From a virus (taxonomy: Duplodnaviria; Caudoviricetes), in the IMG/VR virus record IMGVR_UViG_3300011423_000014, positions 1-43,814 of that record: DNA of 43,814 bases; one strand, written 5' to 3'. Shown one piece after another: positions 1 to 7,487 of this stretch; positions within the stretch are counted from its first letter, which is position 1; each line of letters opens with the position of its first letter. A model generated the notes under the pieces. The model searched no databases and was not told where the DNA came from. It was given only the letters and a program-made list of their open reading frames with translations. Position numbers and translations under genes: made by a program.

Positions 1-120
1 CGCATTGTGCACAACTGTGCGGTAACGACGGGGAGGAGGGGGGACTTTGGTTTCGCCGGATTTGCTGGGAAATTCGAGTTCCTCGTAGTCCTGCTGCGAG
101 AGTCCGAGTGGTCTGCTCAT
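1..120 (-). CDS. 5' half of a 69-aa membrane protein spanning the circular junction (continues at 43813..43724)
   Basis: ATG at 120 overlaps the upstream stop (ATGA); reads MSRPLGLSQQDYEELEFPSKSGETKVPPPPRRYRTVVHNA to base 1 with no stop. Confidence 0.65.
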   Translation of the reverse strand, partial: MSRPLGLSQQDYEELEFPSKSGETKVPPPPRRYRTVVHNA

Positions 121-461
121 AAGCTGCGCTGAATCTCCAGTATTATTCGCTGCAAGAGGGCCGGCTGGATCATGCCCGGACTCAACCGCAGGCACCGCCA
201 GCCCAGGAGCGCCGCGGTGTTCAGCTTCTCGAGATCCTTCTCGTAGCCATCCTGCCGCAGGTGGCGGCCGCGCCCTGCCCCTTCATGGATGCCGCCGTCT
301 ATCTCGACGGCGATCTTCTCGATGGGACGGGCGAAGTCGAAGCGCCACTTGCGCGGCGGCGCAAACTGGTACTCGCGCTCTAACCGGGGGCCGCCGAGCA
401 CCTTCCAGGCGAGGGCGAAGCGTTCTTCCGGTTCGCTTTTGGCGGCGGGGATCTTAGCCAC
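117..461 (-). CDS. DUF559/Vsr-like PD-(D/E)xK endonuclease
   Basis: REYQF..RKWRFDFA...IAVEIDGG...GRH...GYEKDLEKLN.A...GWR; probable GTG start at 461 overlapping the upstream stop. Confidence 0.8.
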   Translation of the reverse strand: MAKIPAAKSEPEERFALAWKVLGGPRLEREYQFAPPRKWRFDFARPIEKIAVEIDGGIHEGAGRGRHLRQDGYEKDLEKLNTAALLGWRCLRLSPGMIQPALLQRIILEIQRSL

Positions 462-594
462 GCCTGAAGATCCTGGCGGCCAGCCAGCCCACGCCATACG
501 AGAGGTGGTAGGCGATGAGTTCGAGGATGGTGAGCGGGCGCATGCGGGCGGTGGATTCGCTCACATCGACGACGCGCCAGGGGTGGTATTTCAT
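454..594 (-). CDS. 46-aa hypothetical protein (not in ORF track)
   Basis: MKYHPWRVVDVSESTARMRPLTILELIAYHLSYGVGWLAARIFRRG; ATGA overlap with the upstream gene and overlap with the downstream start. Confidence 0.55.
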   Translation of the reverse strand: MKYHPWRVVDVSESTARMRPLTILELIAYHLSYGVGWLAARIFRRG

Positions 595-947
595 TTGCTT
601 TCTTTCCTTCCGGGGAAACGGTACTGGTAGCGGAGCTTGGCATTGATGCGGCGGCGCTCGATCCTCTCCGGCGTCATCTGGCGCGGCGGCTTCTTCGGCT
701 TGGCCGGCGCGGCGAAGGGATTCTCCTCGTTCTGAGGGCGGCGCCGCGGCACCGGCTTGCCCTCCTCGAGGGCGATCATCACCTCGTCAGGGATCTTGTC
801 CTGAGGAATCTCCCCCCAGTTCGCGGAGATCAGCCGGTCCAAACGATCGAAGACTTTCCGATCGCGGATGGCAAGCGGGGCGACCGGCTGAGGGGGGGCT
901 ACCCCCGCACCGGTGAGGCCGAACTTACGAAGAATCGCTGGCAGCAT
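591..947 (-). CDS. Hypothetical basic protein
   Basis: ORF track; AGGAGG SD; operon packing. Confidence 0.65.
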   Translation of the reverse strand: MLPAILRKFGLTGAGVAPPQPVAPLAIRDRKVFDRLDRLISANWGEIPQDKIPDEVMIALEEGKPVPRRRPQNEENPFAAPAKPKKPPRQMTPERIERRRINAKLRYQYRFPGRKESK

Positions 948-1713
948 GGGTTCCTCCTGCTTTCCGGGCGAGATACCTTTTGGTGGCCTCTCTCTGGCAT
1001 ATTCTGCAGCGATGTTCTCTGCCGTTCCAGTGGATATTGTCAGGCGTCAGGAGGTGGCCATTGCAGCAGTGGGTACGGGCTGAAAGGATCGTCCTCGGCT
1101 CGGTGGTCAGTATGCGTTCCGGCGGCCACCCTCTCTCTACCCGTGCATAGATTGTGAACGGACTCATCCCTGTTCTCGCTGCCCACTGAGAGGCGGTGAG
1201 CGTCTCATCTCCGAAAGTCAGGCGGACGTTATGCCTGGTGTTGTTCTGTTGCTCTTCCCAAGTCGCCCAGCGGCAGTTGCCCGGTTCGTAGTTCCCATTG
1301 GTGTCGATGCGATCGAGAGAGTGGCCGTCCGATGGGCGCGGTCCCATGTCCTGATAGAACTTTACGAAGGAGGCATTCCACTCGGGGCAGACACTGATAC
1401 CTCTGCCGCCGTAGTTATAAAAGCCTAGGGTTTTGGAGTTGTTGCACCGCTGACGCATAGAAAACCAAGCGTGCCACTCCGGCGTGTTCTTCATGCCGTG
1501 GGTGCGCCTCTTTTTCCCGTTCGCGCTGGAGCTTTCCATCATCAGGCATCCGCATGACTGCGTATTCCCTGAGTGCAACCCGCCGGTGGTGGGAGCCGTT
1601 GTTGTGGCACCACAGTCGCACCGGCAGGTCCACCGCTGCTTATGGGCGGGTGTCAAGCCGCCCTTTCCAAGCACTGTCAACCTGCCGAACCGTTGCCCTA
1701 TTAGCGTTTGCAT
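925..1713 (-). CDS. HNH-type homing endonuclease (G.RFGRLTV / CxCDCG / YGGRGI family) with C-terminal Cys/His zinc motif
   Basis: LIGQRFGRLTV, CRCDCG, YGGRGISVCPEW, SLDRIDTNGNYEPGNCRWAT..EQ.NN, THCCNGH...CRIC; start placed at MQTLIG. Confidence 0.85.
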   Translation of the reverse strand: MQTLIGQRFGRLTVLGKGGLTPAHKQRWTCRCDCGATTTAPTTGGLHSGNTQSCGCLMMESSSANGKKRRTHGMKNTPEWHAWFSMRQRCNNSKTLGFYNYGGRGISVCPEWNASFVKFYQDMGPRPSDGHSLDRIDTNGNYEPGNCRWATWEEQQNNTRHNVRLTFGDETLTASQWAARTGMSPFTIYARVERGWPPERILTTEPRTILSARTHCCNGHLLTPDNIHWNGREHRCRICQREATKRYLARKAGGTHAASDSS

Positions 1714-1736
1714 GGTATGCAATACCATAACACAGG

Positions 1737-2312
1737 TCACCTCACTCGTAGCGACCACTTTCCGAACCGCAAATCGCAGCCCGGTACTTCCCGGCCGGCC
1801 TTCAAGGCTTCCTTGATCTGCGTCTTGGAGGCAGTGAAGGTGGCATCGAACTCACCGAGTCCGTCGTACTCCTGAACCAGTGCCCGCCATTCGGCGGCCG
1901 GCATCTTCACGGTGACGGTTTTGAACTCGTCGGGCACCAGTTCCAAGTCGGTGATCTCGACGCTCTCCGGGTTGGCCTGGATAGCGAGGCTCCCGTTGTC
2001 GGCCTCGACCTTCTTCTGGCCGCTCAACTCGATGCAGCGGACGAGGTAATCCTTGAAGCGGGCGAGTCCCGACTCGAGGCTCCCGCGCCAGGCGGCAATG
2101 CGGTTCTCCTCGGCGCGGGCATGGGCGATCTGCCCCTCGAGGTGCTGGATCGCCATGATGCATTTGGTTCTCTTGACCACGGCCTCGCGCGTCTTGGCGG
2201 CGAACTCAGCCTGGAAGAGGGCGAGCTGCTCCTCGGGGACCAGCGCCTCGCTATCGACGAAAGCTTGAAGGTCTGACTCGATCTGGTAGAGGGATAGGGA
2301 CTTCTCAGACAT
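1737..2312 (-). CDS. Siphovirus Gp157-family protein
   Basis: SLYQI N-terminus, AEENRI coiled coil, NPESVEITD..LVP, KTQIKEALKAGREVPG...SLRVR; adjacent to an annealase. Confidence 0.85.
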   Translation of the reverse strand: MSEKSLSLYQIESDLQAFVDSEALVPEEQLALFQAEFAAKTREAVVKRTKCIMAIQHLEGQIAHARAEENRIAAWRGSLESGLARFKDYLVRCIELSGQKKVEADNGSLAIQANPESVEITDLELVPDEFKTVTVKMPAAEWRALVQEYDGLGEFDATFTASKTQIKEALKAGREVPGCDLRFGKWSLRVR

Positions 2313-3195
2313 TGTCAGTGCCATCAGCCAGGGCTTCCCAGGCTTGATTCTCTTCAACCTCAGCGGGGGGAGGCGGGCTAGCAATCGTCGCGCAGTACTC
2401 ATACAAGGCCTTTATTATCTTCTTGATATCGCCGCGCTTCTTGTTTTGCAGCTCATTCCCGTGCTGCATGCCATGCTCGCCGATGATGCGATAGTACTCG
2501 TGCTCGGAGCCGGTCAGCTCCGAGATGATGGGCTTGAACCCGGTGATGATTTGCACCGTCTCGGCGAAACCGGTCGCCTGCGCGTACAGCTCGGCGAGGC
2601 GAGGCTCGATGTCGGGGAGGGGCGCCGGGGCAGGCTTGGCCTCTTCGACGCGTCTGGCGGGCACGGGAGCGGGCGCCGGGGCAGGTGCTTCGGCCTCGAC
2701 CGCTTCCCCTTCGCCGAGTTCGCCGTCCGAGTAGACGGGCACGCCGCCGAAGATCTCGGGCGTGAACCACTTGGCGCCGTTCGAGATGGCGCGGGCGAAG
2801 TACATGTTGCGGGGATATTTGTTATACATGTCGCCGCGGATGCCGGCTAGCTGAGCATCCTTGGCGGTGAAGGTGGACTTGCCGAGTTCCTTGCCGTCCT
2901 TGGCGAGGAAGGAGAGGGTGCAGCCATCCTGTTCGAGCCGCTCGACGCGGAAGTCGTAGCCATGCTGGCGGATCAACGCGGCCATAAGGTTGGCCGAGAG
3001 CGTAACCTTCCCTTTTATCAAGGAGATGCCCATCATAGACGCTATCGGCGGCAGGCCGAGTTCCTGCCCTGCCATGACCTTGACCGCGGCTTGCGCTGCG
3101 TCCTTGGCATCCTGGAAATAGCCGGACTTGGCGAGGAGGGCGCCGAGGGTCTGGACCTCGGCCAGACCCATGCGGGCAGGGAGATTCTCCTGCAT
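2305..3195 (-). CDS. RecT/Red-beta-like single-strand annealing protein
   Basis: AVKVMAGQELGLPP..S...I.LIKGK, FT..DA..AG, Y.KYPRNM.FARA.S, with a Pro/Ala linker and C-terminal domain. Confidence 0.8.
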   Translation of the reverse strand: MQENLPARMGLAEVQTLGALLAKSGYFQDAKDAAQAAVKVMAGQELGLPPIASMMGISLIKGKVTLSANLMAALIRQHGYDFRVERLEQDGCTLSFLAKDGKELGKSTFTAKDAQLAGIRGDMYNKYPRNMYFARAISNGAKWFTPEIFGGVPVYSDGELGEGEAVEAEAPAPAPAPVPARRVEEAKPAPAPLPDIEPRLAELYAQATGFAETVQIITGFKPIISELTGSEHEYYRIIGEHGMQHGNELQNKKRGDIKKIIKALYEYCATIASPPPPAEVEENQAWEALADGTDNV

Positions 3196-3512
3196 TAGTT
3201 GCGCTCCCGGAAGGAGACGACGGTGGTGCCGCCGGCGGAGTCGGGCAGGGCGAAGGCGCCGTCCTGCTCGGAGACGCCCGCGGGGGCGAGCTCGGCGTCG
3301 GAGTCGCGGTCCATCGTGTGGGCGATGGTCTCCATCTCGCCGAGGGCTTTCTCCATCTGGACCATGATGTGGGCGATGTCCTTCAGGTCGAAGAACAGAA
3401 TCAGTTCGTTCGAGAAGTCGTCGGACTGGATCGAGAGCCAGGAGGTGTTATCCCGGCGCTTGACCTGGAAGCGGGCCTTTTTGCCCTCGTGCTGGTGAAG
3501 ATGAGCAGTCAT
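3195..3512 (-). CDS. Hypothetical protein
   Basis: ORF with AAAGGATCACACACAC leader; TAATG coupling to the annealase. Confidence 0.75.
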   Translation of the reverse strand: MTAHLHQHEGKKARFQVKRRDNTSWLSIQSDDFSNELILFFDLKDIAHIMVQMEKALGEMETIAHTMDRDSDAELAPAGVSEQDGAFALPDSAGGTTVVSFRERN

Positions 3513-3542
3513 TGGTGTGTGTGTGTGATCCTTTCTGTACCT

Positions 3543-3571
3543 ATAATCTCATTCATCTAGATAGATGTCAA
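3543..3571 (-). promoter_or_regulatory. Sigma70-like promoter for the recombination operon
   Basis: TTGACA-17-GATTAT with TG extension; TCTAGA palindromes in the spacer and upstream. Confidence 0.65.
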
Positions 3572-3596
3572 TACCCCTTTACACAAATCTAGATAA

Positions 3597-3782
3597 TTAT
3601 TCTAGATCGGCTTGCGTATAAACGTAGGGATCGGCGGAGCGGACGCGCTCGAGACCGGCGAGCCGCGCCTCCAGGTCGAGGATACGCTTCTCCGTCTTCG
3701 AGGCGGTCCACGAGGCGACAAGGGCATAGCCGAGTACCATGCCGCAGGCGAATAGGGCGGCGGTATAGCAGAGCCAATCCAT
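3597..3782 (-). CDS. Small single-TM protein with short coiled coil
   Basis: N-terminal hydrophobic helix then RILDLEARLAGLER; GGAGG SD. Confidence 0.7.
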   Translation of the reverse strand: MDWLCYTAALFACGMVLGYALVASWTASKTEKRILDLEARLAGLERVRSADPYVYTQADLE

Positions 3783-3955
3783 TACGATTCTTCCTCCAGG
3801 ATTCTTTCATCGCAGACGCAGTCAAACAGTGGGCGCCCGCACTCGAGGCAGCGCACCGGCCCCTCTCCGCCAAACTCCGGCTCTTCACAGGCGCACTCGG
3901 CCCACTCGAGCTTGCAGAACGGGCACACGCCGTCCGGATCCACCATGATGATCAC
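3782..3955 (-). CDS. 57-aa Cys-rich microprotein with duplicated CxxC-x6-CxC (not in ORF track)
   Basis: MIIMVDPDGVCPFCKLEWAECACEEPEFGGEGPVRCLECGRPLFDCVCDERILEEES; GTGA and TAATG overlaps at its two ends. Confidence 0.7.
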   Translation of the reverse strand: MIIMVDPDGVCPFCKLEWAECACEEPEFGGEGPVRCLECGRPLFDCVCDERILEEES

Positions 3956-4542
3956 GGGTTCACCCCCAATTGCGGGAGCGCCTGCGACAGCGCCTGCATC
4001 TCCCTCATCGACCGGATCGAATAGAAGATCACCTTGCCATTACTCATCGGGAAATGGCTCTTGGCATGGCGCCGGATAACGCCCTGCTCATCGAGCACCG
4101 GGTCCAGGTAGACCTTGATATCGCGCAAGTGGTTGTCCTGCGCGAAATCAGCCCCCAATTCCTTGATGGTGGCCTGGCGCCAACTGTAGAAGTTGACCCG
4201 CACTTTCATGGCGGTGCGCTCCTCGCCGGCATCGATGGTGATGGTTTTCTTGGCAGTGGGATCACCGCCCACCTGCTGACAGATCATCAGGTAAATCTCG
4301 TGGCCCGGAATCAGATCCCGCCGCTTGACCGACTCGTTCGACTTCGCTTTCGCCTTCGTCCTGGCGGTCACGCGCTTCTTGTAATCCCCCTCGGCCGCCG
4401 GCAGCCGCGGCGCGTTGCCGATCGCATTCACATCGACTTTGAGGGGCGTAGACTCAGGGAATACTTCGCGCGTCTCGGCCCGGTCGGGGCGCACCGGCAG
4501 CACCGGCTGCTGCGAGGGGATGATCGGACGGGGCAGACTCAT
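3952..4542 (-). CDS. Hypothetical protein
   Basis: ORF track; GGAGG SD; operon packing. Confidence 0.7.
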   Translation of the reverse strand: MSLPRPIIPSQQPVLPVRPDRAETREVFPESTPLKVDVNAIGNAPRLPAAEGDYKKRVTARTKAKAKSNESVKRRDLIPGHEIYLMICQQVGGDPTAKKTITIDAGEERTAMKVRVNFYSWRQATIKELGADFAQDNHLRDIKVYLDPVLDEQGVIRRHAKSHFPMSNGKVIFYSIRSMREMQALSQALPQLGVNP

Positions 4543-4764
4543 TCAAACCTCCAATGGAATATTGCGGGCAACGCGGCACGGCGGACACACGCGCGCCCGC
4601 ACCAGGCCAAGCCTCAACCGCTCACCGGCGGCCGGCTCGAGGCAGAAATGGCACCGCACCGTGCCCCGGCTGGCCCTCGAGACAGAGATCTCGTTGTACT
4701 CAATCGGCTCACTGTCGCCGGTCATGCGGATACCTTTGTGCGCGAATGCGGCTCGCCGAATCAT
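4543..4764 (-). CDS. Small zinc-finger-like protein
   Basis: CHFC...CPPC; GAGGAG SD; ATGA overlap. Confidence 0.6.
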   Translation of the reverse strand: MIRRAAFAHKGIRMTGDSEPIEYNEISVSRASRGTVRCHFCLEPAAGERLRLGLVRARVCPPCRVARNIPLEV

Positions 4765-4919
4765 AGGGCGGGCTCCTCTTCCTCATCGAGCTTGACCGCG
4801 GTGATGCGGAACGGGCCATCGGCCTGCGGCGGGGTCAGCTCGCAGGCAATCTCGAAGGCTGCCTCTTCGGAATCGGCTTTGATGACAGCGGAAAGTGTCC
4901 ACTCGACTCGATATTTCAT
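4761..4919 (-). CDS. 52-aa phage protein (not in ORF track)
   Basis: MKYRVEWTLSAVIKADSEEAAFEIACEL...; ATGA overlaps at both ends. Confidence 0.7.
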   Translation of the reverse strand: MKYRVEWTLSAVIKADSEEAAFEIACELTPPQADGPFRITAVKLDEEEEPAL

Positions 4920-5236
4920 TTGAGCTTGGCTTGTTGATTACGGGGCTGGACATGCAGATGCGGATAACGGACACGCAAATCCTCGAGCACCTCCGCCGCC
5001 GCCAGCTTACTCGCCTGATCCCGCCGCCTCACTCGAGCACGAAAGTCTTCAGCGATCGCTTCGAAATACACGGCTAGCCCGCTCAACGCATCGTCCCCGA
5101 AGTAGGCGAGCAGGTACGAAGCTTCCGCATACGCCGCGCTCCGCAGCAAGTCCGGATGCGACGACGAAAGCCGCTCCCGGGACAAACCCGAGAACGGCTT
5201 CCGCGGAATCGGTTTTACCCGGTTCTCTGTCTCCAT
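4916..5236 (-). CDS. Hypothetical protein
   Basis: ORF track; operon packing. Confidence 0.6.
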   Translation of the reverse strand: METENRVKPIPRKPFSGLSRERLSSSHPDLLRSAAYAEASYLLAYFGDDALSGLAVYFEAIAEDFRARVRRRDQASKLAAAEVLEDLRVRYPHLHVQPRNQQAKLK

Positions 5237-5240
5237 GCGG

Positions 5241-5624
5241 CTAGTACACCAACACGCCCATCACCGGGGCCACCGGCAACACCGGGGTGTAGTACGACAT
5301 CGCCGGCCGCACCGGCGCCGGAGCATGATACACCGGATAGCCTCCCGTGTAGGACGGCCGCGGCGCAATCACAATCGGCGCCTCGGTGGCATACGGGTTG
5401 TTGGCGGACTGATTGCTATACGGCGAACCATACCGCCCATACGGATTATTCACCGAGTCGGACTGGTAGGGCGAACCATACTTGCCGTAAGGGTTTGAGA
5501 TGGAGTTGGGGTCGTAGGGGTTCGAACTGAGATTGCCCAAGTACTTGCCGTCGCGCGAGACGACGATGGGCGATTGGGCCGATAGCGCTATCGCTCCGGC
5601 CAATGCCAGTGTGATGAGTTTCAT
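5241..5624 (-). CDS. Secreted protein with NPYG(K/R)YGSPY repeats
   Basis: Signal peptide MKLITLALAGAIALSA; repeated NPYD/NPYG/NPYG/NPYA units. Confidence 0.8.
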   Translation of the reverse strand: MKLITLALAGAIALSAQSPIVVSRDGKYLGNLSSNPYDPNSISNPYGKYGSPYQSDSVNNPYGRYGSPYSNQSANNPYATEAPIVIAPRPSYTGGYPVYHAPAPVRPAMSYYTPVLPVAPVMGVLVY

Positions 5625-5658
5625 GTGTGTGTGATCCTTTCGAATTAAGCCTGTCTTA

Positions 5659-5850
5659 TCAAGCGCAGTAGGCTATGCTGCGCGACCCGGGTTCCCGGGT
5701 TTCGACTCTGCACCGCATGACGCGATGCCACGAAGCATGATACGCGCACAGCCGCCGCTCGCAGTCGACGCAGTACCAGCCCGCCTCCACACCGCAGCAC
5801 TGGTCAGGCGGCCTCGATACCTGCTCGCAACGGGCTTTCATCTTTGCCAT
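5659..5850 (-). CDS. Small B-box-like zinc-finger protein
   Basis: C..CC...YCVDCERRLCAYHASWH; AAAGGATCAC leader. Confidence 0.65.
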   Translation of the reverse strand: MAKMKARCEQVSRPPDQCCGVEAGWYCVDCERRLCAYHASWHRVMRCRVETREPGSRSIAYCA

Positions 5851-6024
5851 GCGTGATCCTTTGTCTGAGTTTATACGATTTTGTCTGTCTTTGTACAGTT
5901 ATTTTGTTGAGCTAAGCTTGCAGATTACAAGCCCCATAAATGCCCCACAAACGCGCGCTGCTTCGGGTGGCTCCGACCCACCGGAACCACCGCCGCAGCG
6001 CCCCACGCGCTACCCCAGACGCAA

Positions 6025-6420
6025 TTACGCCGCAACCTGGCTCTTAGCTGCCCACAAACCTTCGAACCGATCGCACCAAACCGAAGGCGCACGATTCACC
6101 AGCCGCGAATAGGCTTTCAGTTCGCCATCCGTGCCGATCGCATCGCCCAAGCCACCTTCATGGCAGCGCTCCACACTCGCCGAGGAAGCAGTCCAGCCAC
6201 CGGCTCCAAACGTGTGCCAGCAGTTAGCCGACTGCCGCAGCACAAGCACCTTTTCATCCGATCCAGGCAGCATAGCTTCGAACCACTTGCCATACACCGC
6301 CGGCGCGTAGATGCTTCCCAAACCGTCCAACGTCTCGCCGATTCGCTGCTTCGTTCCCAGTGCCTTCACGCTACCAAAACCAGCCGCTTCCAATTCAACC
6401 TGACCTCTGAGTCTTTTCAT
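6025..6420 (-). CDS. Hypothetical early protein
   Basis: AAGGGATCACACAAC-ATG at 6420. Confidence 0.7.
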   Translation of the reverse strand: MKRLRGQVELEAAGFGSVKALGTKQRIGETLDGLGSIYAPAVYGKWFEAMLPGSDEKVLVLRQSANCWHTFGAGGWTASSASVERCHEGGLGDAIGTDGELKAYSRLVNRAPSVWCDRFEGLWAAKSQVAA

Positions 6421-6499
6421 GTTGTGTGATCCCTTCAAATTGCGATAGATTCGCGCCTACGCCTTCCACGAAGGACGGCGTAATGCGAGCCCACCACGC

Positions 6500-7213
6500 C
6501 TAAGCGGCCGCGCCAATCTGTATCAACGCCGCCCGTACCTTCTTCGCTCCGCTCCCATGCGCCTCAAACGTGATGCAGCGCTTCGCCTCGAGCAGCCATT
6601 CGTCGCGCCAGCAAAGCTTGCAATCCACGCACTGGACATCGTCCTTCGTCTGCGCCGGACACGGGATCATGACAATCTCGCCGACCCGATACGCTTTCCC
6701 ATCTTCCGGATGCTTATCCACCACGAGAGCAGCAGCATACCCCTGCGCCATCGCATCCACCACATGCGCCACCGTCTCGCACGATGCCAATATGCTCACC
6801 TTGCCCCAAGCAGCACGCGAAACCTTCCTCCAAGCATGCGTATACGACCATACGCGCCGGCCAAACTTCCCCATGAATCGCTCTGCAGCCTTCGAGACGA
6901 TCGATGCCGCGCCATTCGTCCTGCAATCGCCCACCACGTGCAATCGCAAGTCCCGCTCACCAGACAGACTGTCGACCGCTTTCGCTTCGTCACGCGCGAT
7001 CTGACGCGCATCCACGCGCGTCTCCTTCCCTCCCACCTGCGCGTTCAATCTGTTCGTCCAGATTCCCGCCATTCCCGACTCCGCATAACAACCTTCGTTG
7101 AAAAACGCGCATTCCTTCGGACACGACGCCTGACTCACATACGTAGTCGATACCGGACCCGTTTTCTCGTTCCCACTCACCTCAACCGCTCGCGTGAAAT
7201 TGAATAATGCCAT
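6500..7213 (-). CDS. Gp88-like Cys-rich protein with radical-SAM-like Cys cluster
   Basis: SGNEKTG, SCPKECAFFNEGCYA, LRLHVVGD, WSYTH, CPAQ....CVDCKLC, F.AHG; start at MALFNF after AAGGGAACACACA. Confidence 0.7.
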   Translation of the reverse strand: MALFNFTRAVEVSGNEKTGPVSTTYVSQASCPKECAFFNEGCYAESGMAGIWTNRLNAQVGGKETRVDARQIARDEAKAVDSLSGERDLRLHVVGDCRTNGAASIVSKAAERFMGKFGRRVWSYTHAWRKVSRAAWGKVSILASCETVAHVVDAMAQGYAAALVVDKHPEDGKAYRVGEIVMIPCPAQTKDDVQCVDCKLCWRDEWLLEAKRCITFEAHGSGAKKVRAALIQIGAAA

Positions 7214-7230
7214 TGCCTTGTGTGTTCCCT

Positions 7231-7290
7231 TTAGCGTGATCATCAGTGCACGGCCGCTATCCCGTGCATACGCCCGAAGGCGTTTCACTA
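7231..7290 (-). ncRNA. Type II hammerhead ribozyme with loop I pseudoknot
   Basis: GAAA-CGCC-UUCG-GGC-GUA / UGCACGG-GAUAGCGG-CCGUGCA-CUGAUGA-UCA-CGCUA; complete catalytic core; stem II is minimal. Confidence 0.72.
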
Positions 7291-7452
7291 CTTGCTCAGT
7301 TCAACGCATCCCCGCAGAAACGCACAGCTTACAGCCGGCCTCTCTACCACAGGCACCTTCGCCATCTCCCCGCTCGCCATCCTCCCCAGCAGGAAAATCC
7401 CGCCCCATACCGCCACCACAACCACCATCAAGAATTTCATATCGTTTGTCAT
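7288..7452 (-). CDS. 54-aa single-TM protein, probably leaderless first gene of the early transcript (not in ORF track)
   Basis: MTNDMKFLMVVVVAVWGGIFLLGRMASGEM...; ATG 6 nt after the -10 box. Confidence 0.6.
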   Translation of the reverse strand: MTNDMKFLMVVVVAVWGGIFLLGRMASGEMAKVPVVERPAVSCAFLRGCVELSK

Positions 7453-7458
7453 ATTCAG

Positions 7459-7487
7459 ATAGTAACTTGAACCTCTATCTAGAACAA
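7459..7487 (-). promoter_or_regulatory. Sigma70-like early promoter
   Basis: TTGTTC-17-TACTAT in an AT-rich patch; TCTAGA overlaps the -35. Confidence 0.6.
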
